Positions 30,743 to 40,354 of a stretch of DNA of 64,000 bases are shown here, in pieces. Origin of the DNA: an uncultured Eubacteriales bacterium (GTDB lineage: Bacteria; Bacillota; Clostridia; Christensenellales; CAG-138); contig UQXE01000004.1 in NCBI GenBank assembly GCA_900544965.1, positions 2,923 to 66,922 on the forward strand. Direction: 5' to 3'. Below the pieces are notes generated by a model. The model did no database searches and was not told where the DNA came from. It saw only the letters and a program-made list of their open reading frames with translations. The position numbers were made by a program, and so were the translations under genes. Each line of letters opens with the position of its first letter. Position 1 is the stretch's first letter.

Positions 30743-30761
30743 GCGTTTGTAATTACTTAGT

Positions 30762-31838
30762 TTACTGCTGAAGCTTAAGATCCCCTTCTTTTATCCAGCC
30801 AATGCGCCTTAAAACTGTACTGAACAGCAGTGTAAGAACGGCAGGCAGAATAAAGCATACCAGCGCTATCCCTATCCACATTGACGCGCCTCCTTCGGGC
30901 ATGGCGCTGATTATGCCGAAGGGCCCTACAAGTCCGCATGTGCCCATTCCCGCGCCTACCGGAATATTCTTCAACCCAAATACGCTGGTTGCTATAGGCC
31001 CTGTTATCATCGAAGCGAGCGTAGGCGGTATCCATATGCGGGGATTCTTGATAATGTTAGGCATCTGAAGCATAGATGTGCCAAGCCCCTGTGCAATTAA
31101 TCCTCCCCAGCGGTTTTCCTTAAAGCTCATAACGGCAAACCCGATCATTTGAGCACAGCATCCAGCGGTAGCGGCGCCGGCGGCAATTCCTCCCAGGTTC
31201 AGCATTATGCATATGGCAGCGCTGCTTATTGGAAGAGTAAGCGCAATACCCATGAGGGCTGAAACGATAATCCCCATGATAATTGGCTGCATGCTTGTGG
31301 CCGTCATGATCAATGAACCGAAGGCGGTCATCAAAGCGGACACAGCTGGTCCCGCCAGCATGGCAACCGCTACGCCTGAAACAATGCAGACAGCTGGAGT
31401 AACTATTATATCTACTTTAGTTTCACCGCATACCAGCTTGCCCAGCTCGGCAGCAATAATAGTAGCGATAAATGCTCCAACCGGGCCTCCAAGCGCATTG
31501 CCGGCAAGTCCTACGGCTGCTGATGAAAAAAGAACGAGCTTTGGCGATTTTAGCGCCCAAGCAATGGATATTCCCAAAGCCGCGCCTGTGGCGTCCTTTG
31601 CAAAGTCGGCCAGTTCAATGAAGAAGGGTATCCCCAATTCGTTGCCAAGCGTGGAAAAGATAGTACCAATAAGCAAAGAGGTAAAAAGCCCGTAGGCCAT
31701 TGCACCCATAGCGTCTATAAAGTAAACCCTTAACGATATATTGATATCCTTGCGCTTTAAAAACGCACCAAACCTACCCGCAGCTTTTTCCAAACCGTCC
31801 TCCTCAACGCATATGCGTTTATTTTTAAATAGCCACAT
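30762..31838 (-). CDS. PTS EIIC-like membrane transporter (PTS_EIIC_2-type), orphan
   Basis: 358 aa with a Gly/Ala-rich polytopic pattern typical of this family. No EIIA/EIIB gene is adjacent. Confidence 0.6.
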   Translation of the reverse strand: MWLFKNKRICVEEDGLEKAAGRFGAFLKRKDINISLRVYFIDAMGAMAYGLFTSLLIGTIFSTLGNELGIPFFIELADFAKDATGAALGISIAWALKSPKLVLFSSAAVGLAGNALGGPVGAFIATIIAAELGKLVCGETKVDIIVTPAVCIVSGVAVAMLAGPAVSALMTAFGSLIMTATSMQPIIMGIIVSALMGIALTLPISSAAICIMLNLGGIAAGAATAGCCAQMIGFAVMSFKENRWGGLIAQGLGTSMLQMPNIIKNPRIWIPPTLASMITGPIATSVFGLKNIPVGAGMGTCGLVGPFGIISAMPEGGASMWIGIALVCFILPAVLTLLFSTVLRRIGWIKEGDLKLQQ

Positions 31839-32085
31839 TATTATAGACCATGCGTATCTTCATGTAAACAATTAGTAAAGGTTTTTATCCGTTGTTTTAC
31901 GTATAATATTTCGATTTAAGGTATAATCTTTAATATCAATAATTAGAAAGCAATAGCTTATATATGTTTAGAGCAAAGCGCGGGACTGGCCAATACCTGC
32001 CTGAATACTTTGATAAATAAGCGGACCATATTATGCTTTATCACAGTTTAGGTTATAATGAAGATAAAAAGCCGAGGTTTGATTG

Positions 32086-32892
32086 ATGGAAGTAAAGTTG
32101 GGATTGATACAGATGAAGGTTACGCCAAACAAGGAGGCCAACCTCAATTACGCTGTAAACGCTATTGAAGTTGCTTCAAGATATGGCGCGGATATTGCAG
32201 TTCTCCCCGAAATGTTCTGCTGCCCGTACTCAAACCGCTATTTTGCAAACAACGCTGAGCCTGCTGGCGGCGGCATTTGGCAAGCCTTATCGGGTGCTGC
32301 CCGACGCAATGCGGTATACGTTGTCGCTGGAAGCTTTCCGGAAGAGGGCGAAAACGCGATATATAATACCTCGTTCGTTTTTGATCGTACAGGAAAGCAG
32401 ATTGCGTTCCACCGCAAGTTGCATATGTTCAGCATAGCGCAGGGAAATGGCAAGCGTTTTTCAGAAGCCGACTCTTTTCAGGCGGGAAATAAAATAACGG
32501 TGTTTAATACCGAGTTTGGCAGGATTGGGCTATGTATCTGCTTTGATATGAGGTTTCCGGAATTAGTCAGAGCCATGGCTTTGGAAGGGGCGAACATTAT
32601 AATAGCTCCATCTGCTTTCAGCATGGTTACAGGACCTTCACATTGGGAATTGATAATGCGTGCCAGGGCTATAGACAATCAGGTATTTACTGTTGGAGTA
32701 ACCCCAGCAAGGGACGAGGGCTCCGAGTTTGTGGCCTATGCAAACTCCATGATATGCTCTCCATGTGGTACGGTGATATGCAATGCGGGAATAGAGGACA
32801 CCATTGCGGTGCAAAAGATCAATCTGGATGAAATAGATGGCGTACGGTCTGTCTTTTCTATTAAGAACTCAAGGCGCACGGATCTATATTGA
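32086..32892 (+). CDS. Carbon-nitrogen hydrolase family protein (nitrilase/omega-amidase-like)
   Basis: The catalytic triad contexts LPEMF (Glu), HRKLH (Lys) and GLCICFD (Cys) are present. Confidence 0.85.
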   Translation: MEVKLGLIQMKVTPNKEANLNYAVNAIEVASRYGADIAVLPEMFCCPYSNRYFANNAEPAGGGIWQALSGAARRNAVYVVAGSFPEEGENAIYNTSFVFDRTGKQIAFHRKLHMFSIAQGNGKRFSEADSFQAGNKITVFNTEFGRIGLCICFDMRFPELVRAMALEGANIIIAPSAFSMVTGPSHWELIMRARAIDNQVFTVGVTPARDEGSEFVAYANSMICSPCGTVICNAGIEDTIAVQKINLDEIDGVRSVFSIKNSRRTDLY

Positions 32893-32930
32893 GCAAAAGT
32901 ATAGAGAAATATAAAATAATGCAAGAAAGC

Positions 32931-32988
32931 CCATTGGCAACGACCGTTTTTGAATCGTTGTATTCATTAAAAACGGCTGTTGCCATGG
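32931..32988. terminator. Long bidirectional hairpin between convergent genes
   Basis: ccattggcaacgaccgttttt pairs with aaaaacggctgttgccatgg (near-perfect stem of about 20 bp). Confidence 0.65.
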
Positions 32989-33062
32989 TGGTTTTATCAA
33001 CAGAAAAGTTTATGATAGTTAAGCCTAATTACTATATCAAGATTATTTGGGCCAGGTGTGAA

Positions 33063-34145
33063 TTACTGCCTAAGCAGGAGTTCGCTCATCTGCTCAATAA
33101 GCTCCTTTATGGCTCTCTGGTTTGAAGAATAATATACCTTGCTCCCGTCAAGGGTTGATTTGGTTAAATTGCATGACTGCAGTTTGCTCATATGGTGGGA
33201 AATTGTATTAGGGGACAGCTTCTGCATATCCGCAATCTCCTGCCCATAAGCATCCTTGTCTTTTAGCATCCTCAGAATTGCCAGCCGGTTTTTATCGCTA
33301 AGAACCTTGAGCATCTCCTCACAGTTAATGCTGATCCTTTCCTTGTATGGAACCTTAAACATTGGTCTGACTCCCAACCCTATATACAGAACGGGGCCGC
33401 CGTTTTCCGGACGCCGGAATATCCTTGTAAATTCATTATTGGCCAATATCTTAGGATAAATTATCTCATCGTCACCAATGAGGAAATCCACGCTCATGTT
33501 ATTCCTTATGCTATCAATAATATCGTTTATGTCGCTGTATTCCTGCTCAAAGTTATGCAAATATGGCTCATAGATATCCGAACGCTCTTGAATCAACTGA
33601 ATCGCCTGCCTTAGAGCCGCCCCGATGCCGAGAACATACTCTTCATAGTGGTTATAGACACTTATAATATGCCATTTTGCCTTATCCGACAGTGGGAGGT
33701 CGTCAATAAATTTTAGAAAACAATCTCCATCATCCGCATTGACGTCTGATGTAATATCACGTGCTATAAGCTCGCTCATAATATTATCCCGTATTTCAGA
33801 CTTGCTTTGCTTAATAAGATTATTGCATACAGTATTAATATCAGTAAAAACCTCGGTACTTGCAGATAGCATTGCTATATTTGCCGCGCAGGATTTAAAG
33901 CCTCCGCCATCGGAGTGCTCAAAATCGGCGAAATACAACTGCATATTTTGAGGAAGGGCCACGTTGCTGTCCAAATACGCTTCAAGTTCAAGCGCAGGCT
34001 TGAGAATATCCTCAAAATCCTTGCGATTTATCTCCCTTTGAATCAGAACACGGCTTATATGCTTTGACACCGTTTCGCCATTGGCTTTGTATCTGAAATA
34101 TTCAATAGCCTCTACAAGTGGATTTATAATTCCGCGAGCTTTCAT
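33063..34145 (-). CDS. ArsR/SmtB-family HTH regulator with a roughly 280-aa N-terminal domain of unknown function
   Basis: The C-terminal roughly 85 aa read LKVLSDKNRLAILRMLKDKDAYGQEIADMQKLSPNTISHHMSKLQ, a classic ArsR wHTH. The start was moved to MKARGIINPL at 34145, which follows the RBS ggaggtg. Confidence 0.75.
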   Translation of the reverse strand: MKARGIINPLVEAIEYFRYKANGETVSKHISRVLIQREINRKDFEDILKPALELEAYLDSNVALPQNMQLYFADFEHSDGGGFKSCAANIAMLSASTEVFTDINTVCNNLIKQSKSEIRDNIMSELIARDITSDVNADDGDCFLKFIDDLPLSDKAKWHIISVYNHYEEYVLGIGAALRQAIQLIQERSDIYEPYLHNFEQEYSDINDIIDSIRNNMSVDFLIGDDEIIYPKILANNEFTRIFRRPENGGPVLYIGLGVRPMFKVPYKERISINCEEMLKVLSDKNRLAILRMLKDKDAYGQEIADMQKLSPNTISHHMSKLQSCNLTKSTLDGSKVYYSSNQRAIKELIEQMSELLLRQ

Positions 34146-34291
34146 AATTTGACACCTCCAGCTTCCTTTATCCAGTATGCCTTCTTTGTTCGATAAAGTC
34201 AACGGTAATTATACGATGCATGTCGACGTTAATTCCTAGTAATTTACCATTAGAGTGCATAAATATAAATAAAATATTTGATATTTGCATA

Positions 34292-34320
34292 TAGACAAGC
34301 ATATAAACAAGTGCTATAAT
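34292..34320 (+). promoter_or_regulatory. Predicted sigma-A promoter of the large surface-protein gene
   Basis: TAGACA, a 17-nt spacer and TGCTATAAT (extended -10), about 50 nt upstream of the RBS aggagg. Confidence 0.55.
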
Positions 34321-34372
34321 TTTGGTATACAGCATTCCATAAACGTGGAACTGATTTTATAGGAGGTAACAA

Positions 34373-37300
34373 ATGAACAATAGCAGAAAAACGTTTGCCT
34401 TGCTCCTTGCTGTCATAATGGTGATCTGCAGCATACCGATTGTTGCAGTGGCGGCTAGGATTGGCGACAGGGCGCTAGAGGGTAGTGCTGAATACTATGC
34501 GCCGTCTCAAAATGGCGTAAATGTTCCAAAAGCCCCGGGTAATTCGGTCGCCGGATTCAATGGGCTAGATCTTGAGCGCTCTGACGCTACAGTACAAACG
34601 GGTCAAAAGCCTCAACCGTTATACCAGGGAAACGCCTTTGAAGGGGGAAACACGGTAATTGGCTATACGCGCAATTACTTCACCGATGATGGCGGTTATG
34701 AACCATATGCGGCATGGGTAATGTATGATATTACAGACCCGGAGAACACGCTGACCGAGCTCTATCGCGGCGGTGTCGAGTTCTTCGAAGCGACATATGA
34801 CGGCGATCTCATATATGGAATGGATATAGACAACAATTTCTATTCCGTAGATCCGGAGACGTTCGAATCAACCTATATCGGGCAATGCAATTACACGACG
34901 AACGATTTAACCTACGCATGGGACGTGGATAAGATCTATGGCATCTGTACGGCTGACAGGTCCTATATATGCGAGTTTGACAGGACGACGGGGCGCGCTA
35001 CGCCAATAGCGTCCTGGGACATGAACAACCAGCTGCTGCTGACCCCTCTTGCCTACATAGGCAACGGCGAATTCATTTCACTCGACTTCAATTCAAGGAA
35101 GATAGTAAAGCTTGATCTGGACGGCAACATAACGTTCCTGGCCCAGTCTGCCGGAGAGCAGGGATGGAGCCCGTCGATGACCTATAACCCCAACGACGGA
35201 CTCTGTTATCTGACATACACGTCCCTTGCGAACTCATCTGTAGGCAATAGCGCGATGCTGTATACCGTAGATCCTGAAACGGGCGAGATGGACTATAAAG
35301 GAATAATCGGCGAACAGCTGGGCTACTATGTGTTGGGCATGTTTTTCGCCGATTTTGCTAATCCTGAACCGCCGGTGCCAGAGGGAACCACCCTTCTGGG
35401 CTATACGCGCAATTATTTCACCGATGATGGCGGTTATGAACCATATGCGGCCTGGGTGAAGTTCAGCACGCTTGACCCGGAGAACACGCTGACCGAGCTT
35501 TACCGCGGCGGTGTCGAGTTCTTCGAAGCGACATATGACGGCGATCTCATATATGGAATGGATATAGACAACAATTTCTATTCCGTAGATCCGGAGACGT
35601 TCGAATCAACCTATATCGGGCAATGCAATTACACGACGAACGATTTAACCTACGCATGGGACGTGGATAAGATCTATGGCATCTGTACGGCTGACAGGTC
35701 CTATATATGCGAGTTTGACAGGACGACGGGGCGCGCTACGCCAATAGCGTCCTGGGACATGAACAACCAGCTGCTGCTGACCCCTCTTGCCTACATAGGC
35801 AACGGCGAATTCATTTCACTCGACTTCAATTCAAGGAAGATAGTAAAGCTTGATCTGGACGGCAACATAACGTTCCTGGCCCAGTCTGCCGGAGAGCAGG
35901 GATGGAGCCCGTCGATGACCTATAACCCCAACGACGGACTCTGTTATCTGACATACACGTCCCTTGCGAACTCATCTGTAGGCAATAGCGCGATGCTGTA
36001 TACCGTAGATCCTGAAACGGGCGAGATGGACTATAAAGGAATAATCGGCGAACAGCTGGGCTACTATGTGCTTGGTCTATTCTTTGCCGATTTTGCTAAT
36101 GGTTCCGGCAGCGACGAGCCGACCGAAACGCTCGACGAAGCGCTCAACCTGGAAGATGGGCTGCTCCATTTCGAAACGGATGAAGAATACCCATGGCATG
36201 TTGTCAATTTCCGTGATGAGATCTGCGGAACAAGCGGCAATGAAGGCAAGCACAATACTGTAAGCGAGGTTTCAACTACCCGTTATATGAACGCTGGAGA
36301 GATGATCAGGTTCGATTGGAGGGTAAGCTGTCAGACTGGAATGGATTTCATGGCGTTCTATGTAAACGGTGAGCAGGTAACAACATTTGCCAGCGATGAA
36401 CCGGGGAACCTCATGCCTTGGACAGAATATATTTACTTTGTTCCGGAAGCAGGGGAGTACACCTTCTCATGGACATATGAGAAGACAGGGTTCTGGAGCG
36501 CGGGCCATGACCGCGGCTGGCTTATGAACGTATATGCCGGAGAGCCCATACCCGTGGAAACTTTCGAACTTAATACAAAAGACCTTGATATACGCGCCGG
36601 AATGAGTTCACAGCTTGAATGGACGATAGGTCCAGCTGTAGCTTACGATCATAGCGTTTCATTCTCCTCACAAGATCCTTCTATCGCTACAGTTGACGAG
36701 AACGGCGTTGTAACGGGAATATCCGTTGGTGAAACCGTAATAACCGCCACAACAAACGACGGAGGACTTTCCGACGAATGTGTTGTAACCATAACGGAAG
36801 GCCTTCCGCATGTACGCCTATATGGTTACCGCCTGTACAGCCTTGATGGGCAAAACGACATGGTTTCATTCTATGCCGACAGTCCTTCCGAGATTGAGTC
36901 GCTATATACGCCGGCTCACGGCACCTATGCTATGGCATATGGAAACGGAACTATATATGGATTTACAAAAGAAGGCAACTTCTTTACCACAACGCTTGAG
37001 GATACGGAATGGCATCTTAACGGCTATAACTGTGGTGCGCAGATAATGTCTATGGCATATAACTATGCTACCGACCGCTTATACGCGGTAGGTTTTAGAG
37101 AGCAGGGACGCTGGATGCTTTACGAAGTAAATACAAGCAGCGGAGAACTCACGGAAGTTGGAAGGCCAAATACCGATGATCCTCTGTGGACAATAGAGAT
37201 TACTACAGAAGGCGTTGCGTATGGCATTACCGCTTCTTCAGGACTGCTTTATACCTTTGACCTGGAAACTGCCGAAGCCACCCTTATTGGGCCAACCGGA

Positions 37301-38281
37301 TGTGAAAATGTAAACTTCTCACAGTCCATGGCATATGACCATGACAACAAGATAATGTACTGGGCTTCGTACTATGACAATAACGGACTTCAGGAAGTAA
37401 ACCTTGAGACCGGTGAGGCGACCTATTTCAGCCAGATAGGGCTTGAGGCTGAAATCACGGGAATGTTTGTTGTCCCAAGCGAAGACCCGCAGCCAGTGGA
37501 TTACAGCGTAGACGCAGGGGATGTCAACGCGAGACAGGGCGAAAGGGTAATAGTTCCAATAAGTATGGAAAACCTTGCGGCAGGTTCGTTTACCATAGAA
37601 TATGATGCCGGCGCGCTCACCTATATCACTTATGGTAATCCTGACAGCGCCGCATACGTGGTGGTTAACGACAGTATCCCGGGCATACTTAATATAGCGG
37701 TTGTCAACCCAAATCAGAACTATAACGGCGAGTGCATGACGCTTGAATTTGCCGTAGCTGACAACGCTGAGGGAACATATGAGCTTGCGCTTTCGATTGA
37801 TGACGGATCAAGCATTATCGACGGCATAACCATTGATATCGATTCTGCGGAGATAGCTGCAGCCAACGGTTCTGTAAGCATAGTAACGGGTTACAATGTA
37901 ACATTTAACTACATGGTCGACGGCGAATGGATATCTGAAAGCCAGACCGTCGCCGTAGGCGGAACGGCGCTCGCGCCCTCGCCCATGCCTCAGGCACATG
38001 AGGTTACGCAGTACATCTTTACAGGATGGGACGCTGACTTCTCCGCTGTACAGTCGGATCTTAACATTACGGCGGAATACGGCTTGCTGGGCGATGCTTA
38101 TACAAACAATAACCTTGATATATCAGATGCAGTGCTGATTATGCGCAGCATTGTGGGCCTTGAAAACCTGAACGGTCTGCAGACGCTTCTTGCCGATGTG
38201 GATGGCTCGGGTAATGTAGAGCTTTCAGACGCTCTTTATGTAATGCGTTTGATAACAGGCTTGGAAACATTCGCAGGATAA
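34373..38281 (+). CDS. Large secreted multi-module protein: signal peptide, 3 propeller-like modules, Big_2, cohesin-like, Listeria-Bacteroides-type repeat, C-terminal dockerin
   Basis: Signal peptide MNNSRKTFALLLAVIMVICSIPIVAVAA. Big_2-like region about 36563-36795 (DPSIATVDENGVVTGISVGETVITATT). Cohesin-like region about 37508-37886. Repeat YNVTFNY..YIFTGWD. Dockerin region about 38089-38278 with two Ca-binding segments (NNNLDISDAVLIMR, DVDGSGNVELSDALYVMR). Confidence 0.8.
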   Translation: MNNSRKTFALLLAVIMVICSIPIVAVAARIGDRALEGSAEYYAPSQNGVNVPKAPGNSVAGFNGLDLERSDATVQTGQKPQPLYQGNAFEGGNTVIGYTRNYFTDDGGYEPYAAWVMYDITDPENTLTELYRGGVEFFEATYDGDLIYGMDIDNNFYSVDPETFESTYIGQCNYTTNDLTYAWDVDKIYGICTADRSYICEFDRTTGRATPIASWDMNNQLLLTPLAYIGNGEFISLDFNSRKIVKLDLDGNITFLAQSAGEQGWSPSMTYNPNDGLCYLTYTSLANSSVGNSAMLYTVDPETGEMDYKGIIGEQLGYYVLGMFFADFANPEPPVPEGTTLLGYTRNYFTDDGGYEPYAAWVKFSTLDPENTLTELYRGGVEFFEATYDGDLIYGMDIDNNFYSVDPETFESTYIGQCNYTTNDLTYAWDVDKIYGICTADRSYICEFDRTTGRATPIASWDMNNQLLLTPLAYIGNGEFISLDFNSRKIVKLDLDGNITFLAQSAGEQGWSPSMTYNPNDGLCYLTYTSLANSSVGNSAMLYTVDPETGEMDYKGIIGEQLGYYVLGLFFADFANGSGSDEPTETLDEALNLEDGLLHFETDEEYPWHVVNFRDEICGTSGNEGKHNTVSEVSTTRYMNAGEMIRFDWRVSCQTGMDFMAFYVNGEQVTTFASDEPGNLMPWTEYIYFVPEAGEYTFSWTYEKTGFWSAGHDRGWLMNVYAGEPIPVETFELNTKDLDIRAGMSSQLEWTIGPAVAYDHSVSFSSQDPSIATVDENGVVTGISVGETVITATTNDGGLSDECVVTITEGLPHVRLYGYRLYSLDGQNDMVSFYADSPSEIESLYTPAHGTYAMAYGNGTIYGFTKEGNFFTTTLEDTEWHLNGYNCGAQIMSMAYNYATDRLYAVGFREQGRWMLYEVNTSSGELTEVGRPNTDDPLWTIEITTEGVAYGITASSGLLYTFDLETAEATLIGPTGCENVNFSQSMAYDHDNKIMYWASYYDNNGLQEVNLETGEATYFSQIGLEAEITGMFVVPSEDPQPVDYSVDAGDVNARQGERVIVPISMENLAAGSFTIEYDAGALTYITYGNPDSAAYVVVNDSIPGILNIAVVNPNQNYNGECMTLEFAVADNAEGTYELALSIDDGSSIIDGITIDIDSAEIAAANGSVSIVTGYNVTFNYMVDGEWISESQTVAVGGTALAPSPMPQAHEVTQYIFTGWDADFSAVQSDLNITAEYGLLGDAYTNNNLDISDAVLIMRSIVGLENLNGLQTLLADVDGSGNVELSDALYVMRLITGLETFAG
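34661..35362 (+). repeat. Tandem repeat copy 1 (period 738 bp, 246 codons)
   Basis: Direct comparison with copy 2. Positions 34766-35332 appear identical base for base to 35504-36070. The edges have diverged. Confidence 0.9.
35399..36100 (+). repeat. Tandem repeat copy 2
   Basis: Same as copy 1 at an offset of +738 bp, in frame. Confidence 0.9.
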
Positions 38282-38330
38282 AAGTATCCCGCGAAATCCT
38301 ATAAATTCTGCTTGTCCCCCTAAATTGATG

Positions 38331-38354
38331 GGGCCGTCCTTTAAAGGACGGCCC
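38331..38354. terminator. Bidirectional terminator between convergent genes
   Basis: Perfect palindrome gggccgtccttt/aaaggacggccc. Confidence 0.7.
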
Positions 38355-38437
38355 TGCTTTATGCGATTAGTAAACCAAATAATACAGCTTAAAACGCAGC
38401 CTGTATCATATCCGGTGCTAACCGGAAGCTATGAATC

Positions 38438-40354
38438 TCACCGTATCTTGTATGTTGCGAATACCCCCTCTGAATTGTTGTCGGTGAAATATAAGGACTC
38501 GCCAACGCCCGCAACCACTGTAGTACTGTACAGGTCGCACAGTCTCACAAAGCTGCCGTCGCCAAGAGTATATTCCCACAATGTATAGGGGTATGGGTCT
38601 GACAGCGGTTCTAACGAATTCTCCTCCTTATTCATCGCCTCCGTCGAACTGCCTGAAAGCCTGTTTTCGATGATATAAAGCTTGTTCGAATCACCTGACC
38701 AGCAAAACATGTTTACTGGAAATTCAGTATCAACCTTAATATTTTCACCCGTACTCAAATTAATAACTCTAAAGCCCGTGGTTGAATCGCTTTGTGCGGC
38801 AAAGTCGCTTGATGTGCTCAAAGCCATAAAGACTCCGTCTTTTGAAAGCGCAAACGCGCTTCCCTCATGAAATTTTGTGCTTACTCCGCCCTTGGGCATA
38901 ACGTTGTATATCCATGCGCCGTCGTCCATATCTGAATAAGAGAAATAAGTCCTTCCATCATGAAATCCAAGGCTGCCTTCATCAATATTGCCGTTATAAA
39001 CCGTAAGATGACGCTTCGCGGAAGAGGGAACACTAAAGTCGTATTCATGAAGCGCTATCCCTTCGTTTAAGCATATCGCGTAAATCTTTGTACCCAGTTG
39101 ATCCCATGTAAACGAGCTTATCATGCTTCCGAAACCTTCTGACGTCAAGTCAGCGGCAAGTTCCCAGGTATTTGTATTAAATGCGTAAAGATTTGCGCCT
39201 TCCTCGGTTCGCTCCAGAACGGCGAGAAGATGGCCGCTTGGAGAAAAGGCCGCGCGTTCTATTGTATAGAACTCAAAGTTTAACACGCGCTTTTTTTCGC
39301 CGGACGAGTCCGCAAGCCATAGCTCCTCATAAGAATGGGTCTCCTGACCTTCGTCAAACGATTTTCTTTGGGAGTATAATACATCGCCGTTTCGAACATC
39401 TGTACATAAATATACGCCGTCGGGTATAAACACGTCGGCGGTTGAGGGAACGCCGTCTATGCGTAACACTTTCTTTTCATATACCGCGGTATACTCTATA
39501 TCATGGTCGTATGAAGGAAACTCCCCTTTCGAAAGGGGGACGACCTTCCATTTTTCAGGTGATAAAGACGGATTTGTCATCAATATATTGTTCTTGAATT
39601 GTTCCGCCTCGGTCTCAAAATCAAAACCATCGGATATAAGCAGGATATTGCCGCGCTCCTGTGAAAGTATTGGAGTCATACCTTCCATTATAATAGAGGT
39701 TTCAAGATAGTCGTGATATGCGTCGGCAACGCAGTAATACTTCTGCCCATCTCCAGCGCCGATTATTTCAACGGAATTGTTTTTTTCGGGGGCGCTGGTC
39801 TCATGGCCCTCAGTTTGGTCCGCCGCAACCTTTAAGTTGATCTCAATATTGTTGTCATATGATTCGACTGATTCAACTGAGAATTCAGATTCGCCTGAAA
39901 GCTGAACGTAAAGAGCGTATCCTTTTTCCATAGGGACTTTGAACAAGCCAAACACGCCTTTATTTTCGTAGACGGGCGTATTAAATTCATAATCCCAATG
40001 TTCTACCTCGGGAAGTTCAATAATTATGCGTTGAGGATCATTTAGGCTGCCAATCGTGTATGAAGGCACTCCATCCGCTTTCTCCTCAACCATATCGCCG
40101 GAAACCCTGCTTCCCTCATTAAAGCTGAGAGCTATTTTAGAGGTTGAATCATCACCGTTTATACTTACAGCGGCCAGGTTAGCGTTTTTAATATCATCCG
40201 AGCCGCCTTTAATAGGCGTCGATATATCGTTTGTCAAAGGGTTGTCCGTATGATCGCCCATATTACCTTCTTCGCCGCCGTCCGGTGAGCAGGCTGATAT
40301 GAACGCCAACATAAAGATCAATATAAGTGCGTTAAATAAGCGCTTGCGCATCAT
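38438..40354 (-). CDS. Lipoprotein with AMIN-like N-terminal region and C-terminal TolB/PD40-like beta-propeller
   Basis: The start was moved to MMRKRLFNALILIFMLAFISAC (lipobox). The C-terminal half has repeated motifs such as AAFSPSGHLLAV, FALSKDGVFMAL and FCWSGDSNKLYI. Confidence 0.6.
   Translation of the reverse strand: MMRKRLFNALILIFMLAFISACSPDGGEEGNMGDHTDNPLTNDISTPIKGGSDDIKNANLAAVSINGDDSTSKIALSFNEGSRVSGDMVEEKADGVPSYTIGSLNDPQRIIIELPEVEHWDYEFNTPVYENKGVFGLFKVPMEKGYALYVQLSGESEFSVESVESYDNNIEINLKVAADQTEGHETSAPEKNNSVEIIGAGDGQKYYCVADAYHDYLETSIIMEGMTPILSQERGNILLISDGFDFETEAEQFKNNILMTNPSLSPEKWKVVPLSKGEFPSYDHDIEYTAVYEKKVLRIDGVPSTADVFIPDGVYLCTDVRNGDVLYSQRKSFDEGQETHSYEELWLADSSGEKKRVLNFEFYTIERAAFSPSGHLLAVLERTEEGANLYAFNTNTWELAADLTSEGFGSMISSFTWDQLGTKIYAICLNEGIALHEYDFSVPSSAKRHLTVYNGNIDEGSLGFHDGRTYFSYSDMDDGAWIYNVMPKGGVSTKFHEGSAFALSKDGVFMALSTSSDFAAQSDSTTGFRVINLSTGENIKVDTEFPVNMFCWSGDSNKLYIIENRLSGSSTEAMNKEENSLEPLSDPYPYTLWEYTLGDGSFVRLCDLYSTTVVAGVGESLYFTDNNSEGVFATYKIR

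Noticed and set aside
34661-36100. CRISPR-like or satellite repeat
   Set aside because: There are only two copies, with a 738-bp period. They are in frame and coding, inside a single ORF. This is a protein-module duplication, not an array.
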